The notes beneath the pieces were generated by a model. It was not told the origin of the DNA. It was given only the letters and a program-made list of their open reading frames with translations, and did no database searches. The translations under genes were made by a program, and so were the position numbers. A stretch of DNA of 32,000 nt. Source: Candidatus Electrothrix sp. GW3-4 (lineage in GTDB: Bacteria > Desulfobacterota > Desulfobulbia > Desulfobulbales > Desulfobulbaceae). Location: contig NZ_CP147990.1 of assembly GCF_037902255.1 (NCBI RefSeq), forward strand, positions 2,730,001 to 2,762,000, read 5' to 3'. Shown here piece by piece: positions 1 through 7,873 of this stretch (position 1 is its first letter; each line of letters begins with the position of its first letter).

Positions 1-126
1 CATCCGCTCCACCCGCCAAAGCGCAGGAGGTGACAGAGCCTCTTCTTTGCGGTATAGTACTCCCTGTACTCCAGCCAGACTCCGCTTGCACTATGCATTT
101 ACTGAACTCTTTCCCCTTTCAATAAG

Positions 127-1071
127 ATGCAAACAAAAACACCTCCCCTCATCCTGGGCTGTTTCCTGAGCTGCTTGATCCTTTTCACGGGGACCGTGCT
201 TCCAGCCCATGCAGAGTCCCTGCCCGTCTTTGTCTCCATTGCCCCGCAAAAATGGCTCGTTGACCAATTAGGCGGTGACCTCGTCAGCGTCCATATCCTG
301 CTGGATAAAGGGCAGGAACCCCATACCTATCAGCCGACCCCGGAAAAGATGACCTTACTCTTTCGCTCCCGCCTCTATTTCACCCTGGGGATGCCATTTG
401 AGCGAGAGATTGCCCGAAAAATAACCCACAAGAAAAACCCTGCCAGAGGGCTTCAGCTCATTGACGTGACAAGGGGCATCAAAAAGATTCCTCTGCTGGC
501 CCATCATCATGGCGATGACCATGAAGAAGATCATGCGGAAGACGATGAAAACGACCATCAGGAAGTTGAGCAGCAGGAATACGCAGATCCACATGTCTGG
601 CTTGACCCGCGCAATGGAAAAAAAATGGCCGCAGCTATAACAGAGGCCCTGATAAGCGCTGCCCCGGAACATGCCCCTGCCTTTCAAGAGAATTTAGCGG
701 TCCTGCAAGAAAGACTCACCCGCCTCCATCAGGAACTTGCACAACAACTTGCCCCATTCCGAGGCACAACCTTTTTTGTTTTTCATCCCTCATTCGGTTA
801 CTTTGCCCATGCCTATGAGCTACACCAAGAGGCTGTGGAGATAGAAGGCAAGGCACCCACACCCAAACAGCTCTACGCCCTTATCAAACAGGCAAGGGCG
901 GATAAGATCAAGGTCCTCTTTGTTCAGCCCCAGTTTGACCGGAGAAGTGCCCAAACTGTGGCTCAGGCGATCAAGGGCAAGCTGGTGGAGCTGGACCCTT
1001 TGGCGGAAGATATCGAACAAAATCTCAAGTCGATGGCCGAGGCCATGCAAACGGCGCTCACACCTCAATAA
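127..1071 (+). CDS. znuA: Zinc ABC transporter periplasmic substrate-binding protein (ZnuA/TroA cluster-9 family)
   Basis: The 314-aa ORF has a signal peptide (...TGTVLPAHA/ES). It carries the acidic His-rich loop HHHGDDHEEDHAEDDENDH (nt 502-558) typical of ZnuA. The matching ABC ATPase and permease genes follow directly. Confidence 0.85.
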   Translation: MQTKTPPLILGCFLSCLILFTGTVLPAHAESLPVFVSIAPQKWLVDQLGGDLVSVHILLDKGQEPHTYQPTPEKMTLLFRSRLYFTLGMPFEREIARKITHKKNPARGLQLIDVTRGIKKIPLLAHHHGDDHEEDHAEDDENDHQEVEQQEYADPHVWLDPRNGKKMAAAITEALISAAPEHAPAFQENLAVLQERLTRLHQELAQQLAPFRGTTFFVFHPSFGYFAHAYELHQEAVEIEGKAPTPKQLYALIKQARADKIKVLFVQPQFDRRSAQTVAQAIKGKLVELDPLAEDIEQNLKSMAEAMQTALTPQ

Positions 1072-1092
1072 CGCGCAAAGCAAGATATCCCT

Positions 1093-1848
1093 ATGACAGA
1101 TGCTGCTATCCAGCTCAGAGACCTCAGTTATTCCTATGATGACATCCCCGTACTCACCGATGTTTGCCTGGATATCTTCCCTGGGGACACAGCCTCTATT
1201 ATTGGACCCAACGGCGGCGGCAAGACCACGTTGATCAAGTTGATCCTCGGCCTGGAGAGCCCGGACAAGGGAACGGTTCTGGTCTATGGAAATAAACCCG
1301 AGCACGAGCGCACCCGCATAGGTTATGTCCCCCAGTACGCCCGCTATGATCCTCATTTTCCTATCTCACTCCTGAACGTGGTATGCATGGGACGGATCGG
1401 CAGTTCCCTCAGTGGCCGTTATACTCGCCATGACAAGGAGATCGCCTTAGAGGCCTTGACTGCCGTCAATCTCGCGGATCTGGCCAAGCGCCCTTTCTCG
1501 GCCCTCTCAGGAGGACAACGACAACGGGTCCTCATCGCCCGGGCCTTGGCTACGGAAAGCGACATCCTCATCCTCGATGAACCCACAGCCAGCCTGGATC
1601 GTCAATCGGAGCAACAACTCTTTGCCCTGCTGGCAAAACTCAACAAAAACATGATTATTCTCATGGTGACCCATGAAATAGGGGTTTCGTCTACATTTTT
1701 CCAGCGGGTGATCTGCGTTAATAATCAGGTCTTTGTTCACCCGACCAGTGAACTGACCGGAGAGCTGCTCCGTGACATGTACGGTGGCGATCTGCGCATG
1801 ATTCGCCATGACCATCGTTGCGGCCCCGGAGGGCACGAACATGACTGA
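1093..1848 (+). CDS. znuC: Zinc ABC transporter ATP-binding protein
   Basis: Walker A GPNGGGKT, ABC signature LSGGQRQR and Walker B ILILDEP are present. The gene starts 21 nt after znuA. Confidence 0.9.
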   Translation: MTDAAIQLRDLSYSYDDIPVLTDVCLDIFPGDTASIIGPNGGGKTTLIKLILGLESPDKGTVLVYGNKPEHERTRIGYVPQYARYDPHFPISLLNVVCMGRIGSSLSGRYTRHDKEIALEALTAVNLADLAKRPFSALSGGQRQRVLIARALATESDILILDEPTASLDRQSEQQLFALLAKLNKNMIILMVTHEIGVSSTFFQRVICVNNQVFVHPTSELTGELLRDMYGGDLRMIRHDHRCGPGGHEHD

Positions 1849-2713
1849 ACTGTGGGCCGCACTCTTTGATCCGGATCTGCCCTTTCTCCGCTATGCCCTG
1901 ATTACCGGTCTACTGGCCTCTCTTTCCTTTGGTATCATCGGCACCTTTGTCGTTGTCCGCCGCATCAGTTATATTGCCGGAGCCATCTCCCATTGTGTTC
2001 TGGCTGGTATCGGGGGCGGCTTATACCTACAAAACGTAGTTGGTATCCCTTGGATCACCCCTGTCCGGGGAGCGGTTATCGTTTCCCTGCTGGCTGCCTT
2101 ACTCCTGGCCCAGGCAAGTAAAAATGCAGGCCAACGGGAAGACTCGGTTATCGGTGCCCTCTGGGCAGGCGGCATGTCCATCGGCTTCCTTTTTATCGCT
2201 GTGACGCCTGGTTATTTTGATCCAATGTCGTACCTCTTTGGCAATATTCTGCTCATCAACAAGGAGGACATCTACTTTGTTATTGCCCTTAACCTTGTTA
2301 TCCTGGCCGTGGTCGGCATCTTTTATAATAAGCTAGTTGCGATCTGTTTTGACGAGGAATATACTCAGCTCAGAGGGGTACATACCCGCTGGCTCTACCT
2401 GCTGCTCCTCTGCCTGACCGCCTTGACCATTGTCCTGCTTGTTCGCATTGTCGGAATTATTATGGTTATCGCTCTCCTCACCCTGCCAGCAGCTATTGCT
2501 GGCAATATGGCCTCAGGTATCCGCCAGATGATGATCCTTGCCACGTTTTTCTCTGCCCTGTTCATTGTCAGTGGACTCGGCGTCAGCTTTTCCTTTAACC
2601 TACCCAGCGGCTCGGTTATTATTCTTATTGCTACGACCTGCTACCTGCTCAGTCTCGGATTCAGTGGAAGGTGGCGGAGAAAACAGAAAAAAACAAGTCA
2701 TTCTATCGAATAG
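1841..2713 (+). CDS. znuB: Zinc ABC transporter permease (ABC-3 family)
   Basis: The protein is polytopic and hydrophobic throughout. The ORF opens at 1808, but the ATG at 1841 (MTELWAALF...) overlaps the znuC stop (ATGACTGA), so I prefer the coupled start. Confidence 0.85.
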   Translation: MTELWAALFDPDLPFLRYALITGLLASLSFGIIGTFVVVRRISYIAGAISHCVLAGIGGGLYLQNVVGIPWITPVRGAVIVSLLAALLLAQASKNAGQREDSVIGALWAGGMSIGFLFIAVTPGYFDPMSYLFGNILLINKEDIYFVIALNLVILAVVGIFYNKLVAICFDEEYTQLRGVHTRWLYLLLLCLTALTIVLLVRIVGIIMVIALLTLPAAIAGNMASGIRQMMILATFFSALFIVSGLGVSFSFNLPSGSVIILIATTCYLLSLGFSGRWRRKQKKTSHSIE

Positions 2714-2829
2714 AGTCAAGAAAAAACTTGAGTATTCCAAAAAATTCTTATACTATCTCAGTAAGAAGAAGAGAAAAACAAGAAAGTAGAATTATATTGC
2801 GAAGATAATCTTCAGGAAGTGGGGGTGTT

Positions 2830-2994
2830 ATGAAAAAGTCAGGACTCTTATTTATTGCATTATCTCTTGCCGCTCTGTTACTGAGCGGATGCTATTATGC
2901 ACCTCCGACATCTCGGACTGTCCATACCTACTCGACATCAACACAAACCGTCCAGACCTCCACCTATTACGGAGATGCATATCCCTACTACTAA
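2830..2994 (+). CDS. Small lipoprotein, 54 aa, Thr/Tyr-rich (hypothetical)
   Basis: Found by hand because it is below the ORF-track cutoff. The sequence is MKKSGLLFIALSLAALLLSGC|YYAPPTSRTVHTYSTSTQTVQTSTYYGDAYPYY. It has lipobox LLSGC and the Shine-Dalgarno-like ggaagtggggg upstream. It shares the motif APTSRTVHTY..TQ.V with the next gene. Confidence 0.5.
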   Translation: MKKSGLLFIALSLAALLLSGCYYAPPTSRTVHTYSTSTQTVQTSTYYGDAYPYY

Positions 2995-3032
2995 CAACGT
3001 AACAACGATAATATTCAGGAGATGAAGAACTC

Positions 3033-3626
3033 ATGAAGATTGTAACATTACTAACACCCGTACTTGCAGCTGGCCTATTGACGGCATGCGGACATTCCAG
3101 CGCTCCGACATCACGAACAGTCCATACCTATACTTCAACAACACAAAGCGTTTCTACCACAACCCATACAGGTAGCAGAGTACGCCGACCGGTACGACGG
3201 ACCTATACACCCGTTGTTCGTTCCTCTCGACCCGTTGTCCGTACCTACTCGCCAGTGGTTCGTAGCTATCGCCCGGTTACCCGGACCTACACCCCGATAG
3301 TGCGTTCCTCGACAAGACGATATGTTTCGCCATCACGCTATGTCAGCACACGGTATCGGTATCCGTCAAATATAACCAGTACCCCTGCGACAAGAATTAC
3401 AGTGCCGTCCATTGTCAGCACACCAACATCACGGTTTACTGTTCCTTCAACAATAACCACACCGGCAACCAGGACCTATACCTCATCAAGAAGCACACCA
3501 AGACCTACGGTTCGCTATCCATCCCGGTATAACAGCAGTTATTACCCTCCGCCAGTACCGAGACCCAAACCGGTCTGTCCGCCGCCGGAACCGCCCTGCT
3601 GCCCCCCTGAACCTTGCTGTCCATAA
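3033..3626 (+). CDS. Highly basic repeat lipoprotein, 197 aa, with a Cys-Pro C-terminal tail (hypothetical)
   Basis: Signal peptide with lipobox LLTAC. The mature part is R/T/S/P/V/Y-rich with no Asp and only two Glu. It contains internal tandem repeats and ends KPVCPPPEPPCCPPEPCCP. Confidence 0.6.
   Translation: MKIVTLLTPVLAAGLLTACGHSSAPTSRTVHTYTSTTQSVSTTTHTGSRVRRPVRRTYTPVVRSSRPVVRTYSPVVRSYRPVTRTYTPIVRSSTRRYVSPSRYVSTRYRYPSNITSTPATRITVPSIVSTPTSRFTVPSTITTPATRTYTSSRSTPRPTVRYPSRYNSSYYPPPVPRPKPVCPPPEPPCCPPEPCCP
3198..3311 (+). repeat. In-frame tandem repeat, 42-bp (14-aa) period, about 2.7 copies
   Basis: The copies encode RTYTPVVRSSRPVV / RTYSPVVRSYRPVT / RTYTPIVRSS. Confidence 0.8.
3378..3488 (+). 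repeat. In-frame tandem repeat, 39-bp (13-aa) period, about 2.8 copies
   Basis: The copies encode STPATRITVPSIV / STPTSRFTVPSTI / TTPATRTYTSS. Confidence 0.7.
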
Positions 3627-3790
3627 TGATAGAGTTCAGCACGACTTTCTCTCTCTTGCGCCTTAGTGCAAGGGGGAGCCGATGAGACATTTGGCAACAC
3701 TTGACGAAGCAAGTCACTGAAATCGATTCTGTAGGCAAAAAAAAATCGGATCTATTTTCTGTCACCCCCAAAAAAAAGAGGTAAAACATC

Positions 3791-4030
3791 ATGAAAAAAC
3801 TCAGCACCTTCCTTTCCCTGGCAATCGCGGCAGTCATCCTCAGCGGCTGCTATGTTTCTCCGTATTATTACGGTGGATACAGAAACGGTTATCAGTGCCC
3901 GCCGCCAATCAAGGTCGACGTGGACATTAAAAAAGAGAAAAAGAAAGATAAAAAGCCCAAGTGCGAACCTGTGTGCGAACCCAGCTGTGACTGTCCACCG
4001 GTTTATAAGCCAGTGTGCCGATACAACTAA
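3791..4030 (+). CDS. Small Cys/Pro/Lys-rich lipoprotein, 79 aa (hypothetical)
   Basis: MKKLSTFLSLAIAAVILSGC|YVSPYYYGG... with lipobox ILSGC. A Lys-rich stretch KKEKKKDKKPK is followed by C-x3-C-x3-C-x-C-x7-C (CEPVCEPSCDCPPVYKPVC). The Shine-Dalgarno-like agagg lies 8 nt upstream. Confidence 0.6.
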   Translation: MKKLSTFLSLAIAAVILSGCYVSPYYYGGYRNGYQCPPPIKVDVDIKKEKKKDKKPKCEPVCEPSCDCPPVYKPVCRYN

Positions 4031-4119
4031 TCGGGACCACAATGGAGCCCCTGCCCTACTGGAGACAAGTCTTCTCAGAAGCAAGGGCTCTTTATTTATT
4101 CAATAATGGATATGATGCC

Positions 4120-4305
4120 ATGAAAAAGATCGCAATATTTCTCACGCTGACAGCAACGGCGTTCCTGCTCGGGGGATGTTATTTTCCACCACCACCTGGT
4201 CCGGGAGGAGTACGCCCAGCAGCAAGAAGACCGTATCGTCATCCTGTTGTGGTACCAGTACCGAGGGTCATTCCTGTTCCGCCACCGGTGTATTATTATC
4301 CATGA
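4120..4305 (+). CDS. Small Pro-rich lipoprotein, 61 aa (hypothetical)
   Basis: An internal ATG of ORF 4015..4305 gives MKKIAIFLTLTATAFLLGGC|YFPPPPGPGGVRPAARRPYRHPVVVPVPRVIPVPPPVYYYP, with lipobox LLGGC. Confidence 0.55.
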   Translation: MKKIAIFLTLTATAFLLGGCYFPPPPGPGGVRPAARRPYRHPVVVPVPRVIPVPPPVYYYP

Positions 4306-4610
4306 AAAATTATCCGGAAAAAGACGCGCCACCTGCCCTTGTGGGGTTGGTGGTGCCTCATCATTACAGACATACACCAAAACTGGAGCCAATGTGCTCC
4401 CAGCCTTTCCTTTCTCTTCTTTTGCTGTTCTGACCAAATTTGCTTCCGACAAAAAGCCGTCCCACCAAAATGTATTACCCCCGTCTTGAACAATAAAACA
4501 CTCCTGCCTATCTCCTGGACAAAAGGTCCTTGCCGCGACTGCATACCCGCGTCGCCCCCCCTTCCCCTTTACGTCCGAACAAAAACGACTATTTTCCGAA
4601 AAAATATTAT

Positions 4611-4640
4611 TTGACTTTTCAAGTTTGAACTGCATAAAAT
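4611..4640 (+). promoter_or_regulatory. Candidate sigma70 promoter for the carbonic-anhydrase-like gene
   Basis: TTGACT (4611-4616), an 18-nt spacer, then TAAAAT (4635-4640), about 90 nt upstream of the ATG at 4730. Confidence 0.35.
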
Positions 4641-4729
4641 AACAATTAAAGATCGACCAGAATATCATAGATTCTGCATGATGTAAAAATGCAACAGACA
4701 CAAATTTTGAGGAAAAAGGAGGAAGACCC

Positions 4730-5572
4730 ATGGATATGAAAAAAACACTACAGGCCTTTATTATTGCATCTTCTGCTCTCGGATTACTTGCCACTGTAGG
4801 CTGTGCAAAAAATGCAGAGCATGGAGAACATACTGCCGGAACAGGGAAGGTATGCGAAGGGTTTGGCCCTCAGACACCAAGGGATATTGACCAAAAAGCT
4901 GGGGAAAATAAGCGAGTCTTTACTCTTGCCCCGGGTTATAAGAACATGAATCTCTGTAATATCCACTTCCATGTCAATGCTGAGCATAAGGCAAAGGACT
5001 TTTCCCTTTATGCTGGTGAAGGTGAGCATGGTCACGGTGGTGGCTACCAATGTAACGACACCAAGAATCTCACCAAGAAAGAACTGTCTCCGGTTGATGT
5101 CAAAGAGGGATGTGAGGGCGTAAAGCCGGGTGATACCATTGAGGTCCATTGGGTCCACAGCTCCTGCGATGTCGCACCGGGCAAGGGGTTAGGTTCCTGT
5201 CTGTCCGAAAGCTGCTCCAACCCGGATCTGCGGGTTGAAACACAGGTCTTCCTGGTCGTTAATGATCCTGAGGCATTAGACTTCGGCGAGATGGCGTATG
5301 ATGGCAACACGGTCAATGGACTGCATCAGGCAAAATCCCTGCCCACAGACACCGGAACGCCGGTTGAATTCCTGGGCTCCACAACAGGACCGAAGTACAC
5401 CCAGGAACAATGTTCTCCCTTTCAGGTCACCTGGAGCGTTCGGCCCCAATGTGCCAAAATCGACATCAGAAGCCTGCATGCCTGGTGTAAGGATAATGTC
5501 TTTGAGGAAGACCATGCCCATGGCGTACGGCAACTCGTTACTGACCCGAACCTCCTCTCTGAGATCAAATAA
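4730..5572 (+). CDS. Cys-rich lipoprotein with an alpha-carbonic-anhydrase-like zinc-ligand motif (putative carbonic anhydrase)
   Basis: Signal peptide with lipobox ATVGC and a strong Shine-Dalgarno sequence aggagg 7 nt upstream. NIHFHVNAEH (H79, H81, E85, H86) and EVHWVH (E138, H140, H143) follow the alpha-CA order HFH..EH..ExHxVH, but with different spacing and a GEGEHGHGGG insert. Confidence 0.45.
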   Translation: MDMKKTLQAFIIASSALGLLATVGCAKNAEHGEHTAGTGKVCEGFGPQTPRDIDQKAGENKRVFTLAPGYKNMNLCNIHFHVNAEHKAKDFSLYAGEGEHGHGGGYQCNDTKNLTKKELSPVDVKEGCEGVKPGDTIEVHWVHSSCDVAPGKGLGSCLSESCSNPDLRVETQVFLVVNDPEALDFGEMAYDGNTVNGLHQAKSLPTDTGTPVEFLGSTTGPKYTQEQCSPFQVTWSVRPQCAKIDIRSLHAWCKDNVFEEDHAHGVRQLVTDPNLLSEIK

Positions 5573-5639
5573 GAGGCCTGAGTAGAACAGGTTATGTGAC
5601 TCCAGCAAGTACAGAGGAACAAAGAAATGCAAGCAGAAA

Positions 5640-5678
5640 GCGGTCCGGGAGAAAATAAATGCCCGGACCGCTTTTTTT
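5640..5678 (+). terminator. Rho-independent terminator between convergent genes
   Basis: A 10-bp stem gcggtccggg / cccggaccgc with a 12-nt loop is followed by TTTTTTT. Confidence 0.7.
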
Positions 5679-5708
5679 ATTTATACCGACAAGAAAAGTC
5701 GGGCCCTT

Positions 5709-7034
5709 TCACCCTATCCTCCGTACCATCTCTCCAATCCGTTTCATCTCTGTTATAATCGCAGTCTCATCCAGGGTCGTCAGCTGCCGATCCCGCATCA
5801 CCACTTTCCCGTTAATAACGGAGTGAATAACATCGCTCCCGCCAGCGGCATAGACCAGATGGGAAAGAGGATTATAGAGCGGGGTAAGATGGGGCTGATC
5901 CATATCCAGCATAATCAGGTCGGCCTTTCTGCCCACGGCAAGACTGCCTATTGCAGCTCCTGCGCCGAGCAAAGCAGCACCACCTTGAGTGGCGGTATGC
6001 AGGGTCGCGGCAGCATTCATCACGGTGGGATCCATCTGGACCACCTTATGCATTTTTGCGGCTGAGTTCATCTCGCCAAACAGATCCAGATCGTTATTGG
6101 AGGCACTGCCATCCGTGCCCAGGCCAACGGTGATCCCTTGCTCCAACAGAGCAGGCACAGGAGCTGCCCCTGATGCCAGCTTCATATTCGATTCTGGACA
6201 ATGGGCTATTTTGACCTTACGTTCTGCCAGTAAAGTCACCTCCTCCTCACTGACCATAACCCCGTGCGCAGCCACAACCCGTTCATTGAGCAGGCCCAGA
6301 TTTTCCAGATGCTGGACCGGCGAACAGCCGTACCGTTCCCTACAGGTCATAACCTCATCCTGATTTTCCGCAAGATGGATATGATACAGGGCATCCTTTT
6401 CCTCTGCCTGCACGGCCAGTCGTTCCAGGAGGGCCGGAGAGCAGGTGTAGACCGAATGGGGATTGACCGTCACCGTGATCAGTTCGCTTGCCCCATAGCG
6501 CTCAAATAACTCCTCGCTATAGAGAAAGCCGTTCTCCAGCTCTCCGTAGTTGGGTGAGGGAAAATCATAGAGGACCTCGCCCAGCCAGGCCCGCATTCCA
6601 GATTCGGCAGTAGCACGGGCCACGTCCTGGGCAAAGAGATACATATCATTAAAGGCAGTGGTGCCGGATCGAATCATCTCGCAGAGGGAGAGCAAGGTAG
6701 AATGATAGACGATCTCCGAGGTCAGCTGAGCCTCTCGGGGAAAGATATGCCCCTGCAGCCACTCCATCAGGGGCAGGTCATCGGCCAGGCCTCGAAAGCA
6801 GGACATGGCCGCATGGGTATGGCTGTTGATCAGGCCAGGCATGATCAGACCGTGGGCGTGGCTGAGGCATTCAGCCTGGGGATATTTCGCCGCCAGATTG
6901 GGGCCGATCTCCGCGATCCGCCCTTTGGCAACAGCAATGGAGATGTTTTCCTGTTCTGTCACGTCTTGGCTGTTGACCACCAGATAGCGACCGGAAAGGA
7001 TCAAATCAACCTCTGGTCTTTTATCCTGACGCAT
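5709..7034 (-). CDS. mtaD: 5-methylthioadenosine/S-adenosylhomocysteine deaminase (amidohydrolase superfamily)
   Basis: The 441-aa product carries PGLINSHTHAAMSCFRGLADDLPLMEWL, the HxH metal motif and DDLPLMEWL block characteristic of MtaD. Further His and Asp ligands lie downstream (HLAE, GTDG). Confidence 0.85.
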   Translation of the reverse strand: MRQDKRPEVDLILSGRYLVVNSQDVTEQENISIAVAKGRIAEIGPNLAAKYPQAECLSHAHGLIMPGLINSHTHAAMSCFRGLADDLPLMEWLQGHIFPREAQLTSEIVYHSTLLSLCEMIRSGTTAFNDMYLFAQDVARATAESGMRAWLGEVLYDFPSPNYGELENGFLYSEELFERYGASELITVTVNPHSVYTCSPALLERLAVQAEEKDALYHIHLAENQDEVMTCRERYGCSPVQHLENLGLLNERVVAAHGVMVSEEEVTLLAERKVKIAHCPESNMKLASGAAPVPALLEQGITVGLGTDGSASNNDLDLFGEMNSAAKMHKVVQMDPTVMNAAATLHTATQGGAALLGAGAAIGSLAVGRKADLIMLDMDQPHLTPLYNPLSHLVYAAGGSDVIHSVINGKVVMRDRQLTTLDETAIITEMKRIGEMVRRIG

Positions 7035-7036
7035 AA

Positions 7037-7873
7037 TTACAGCTCCTGTACGATTTCAAGGATCATTTCTTGCAGCTTGGGTTCGGCCTGCATAGCGGCC
7101 TCAACGATATCTTCCAACAGAATAGGGATGAAATCATCCGGGTCATTGACATTGGCCACCACGGATAGGCCCAGGACCTGCAGCCCGGCATGCAGGGCCG
7201 TGATGATCTCTGGCACAGAGGACATGCCCAAGGCATCGGCCCCCCATTGCCGAAACATCCGGGTCTCTGCCGGGGTCTCCAGACTGGGGCCCGGGATACA
7301 GATATAGGTTCCTTCTTTTAGCTCGGTAAATCCCAGCCTACGGGCGGCCTGTCGCGCCAATTTACGTAAGGCCGGGGCATAGGGCTGAGAAAAATCTGGG
7401 AAACGGGGGCCCCAGGCATCAATATTGGGGCCGCGCAGGGGATTATCCGGCAGCTGATTGATATGATCCTTGAAGACCATAATGGTCCCGGCCTGCCAAG
7501 CCGTGTTCAGGCCACCCGAGGCATTGGTGATGATGGCGGTCCGTACCCCGAGCAGGGCCAAGACCCGGACCGGGAAGCCGACTTCCCGGGCAGAATAGCC
7601 CTCATAATAATGGAAGCGTCCCTGGAGGATGGCACAGGGCCTGCCAGCCAGGGTACCGTAGACCAGATTACCGGCATGGCTGGTCACCGTGGAGCGGGGA
7701 AAGCCGGGGATCTCCTCATAAGGGATAGAGATGCTGTTGTCCATGGCCTCGACCAGATTGCCCAGACCAGTGCCCAGCTGAATCAAGACCTCGGGCATGG
7801 TCGGGAGACGGGAACGAAGAAAGGCCACAGCGCGTTCTACCTGCTCTTTATGTGTATCGCGGCTCTCCATCAT
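7037..7873 (-). CDS. Purine nucleoside phosphorylase, trimeric PNP/MTAP family (PunA-like; possible methylthioinosine phosphorylase)
   Basis: The 278-aa product has GRFHYYEGY and ITNASGGLN blocks typical of inosine/guanosine PNP. Its stop lies 2 nt before the mtaD start. Confidence 0.85.
   Translation of the reverse strand: MMESRDTHKEQVERAVAFLRSRLPTMPEVLIQLGTGLGNLVEAMDNSISIPYEEIPGFPRSTVTSHAGNLVYGTLAGRPCAILQGRFHYYEGYSAREVGFPVRVLALLGVRTAIITNASGGLNTAWQAGTIMVFKDHINQLPDNPLRGPNIDAWGPRFPDFSQPYAPALRKLARQAARRLGFTELKEGTYICIPGPSLETPAETRMFRQWGADALGMSSVPEIITALHAGLQVLGLSVVANVNDPDDFIPILLEDIVEAAMQAEPKLQEMILEIVQEL

Noticed and set aside
1-126. I looked for a Zur/Fur-type palindromic operator upstream of znuA.
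   Set aside because: I could see no AT-rich dyad resembling known Zur boxes. Only a short AGTACT palindrome is present, which is not informative.
1808-1840. The longer znuB start given by the ORF track (MTIVAAPEGTN...).
   Set aside because: It would overlap znuC by 41 nt. The ATG at 1841 gives the usual short coupled overlap and a typical permease N-terminus.
3505-4106. Minus-strand ORFs 3505..3837 and 3752..4084, and + ORF 3852..4106.
   Set aside because: They overlap the lipoprotein genes in other frames and lack start context. The lipoprotein frames are supported by signal peptide plus lipobox architecture.
4302-4433. A 43-aa ORF (MKNYPEKDAPP...) whose ATG overlaps the stop of the fourth lipoprotein gene (ATGA).
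   Set aside because: The coupling geometry is suggestive, but the peptide has no signal peptide and no resemblance to its neighbours. It is short enough to be chance.
4096-4794. A 232-aa minus-strand ORF spanning the fourth lipoprotein gene, the intergenic region and the start of the CA-like gene.
   Set aside because: It overlaps two + strand genes that have signal peptides and good ribosome-binding sites. Its translation looks like random sequence. It crosses a region with a plausible + strand promoter.
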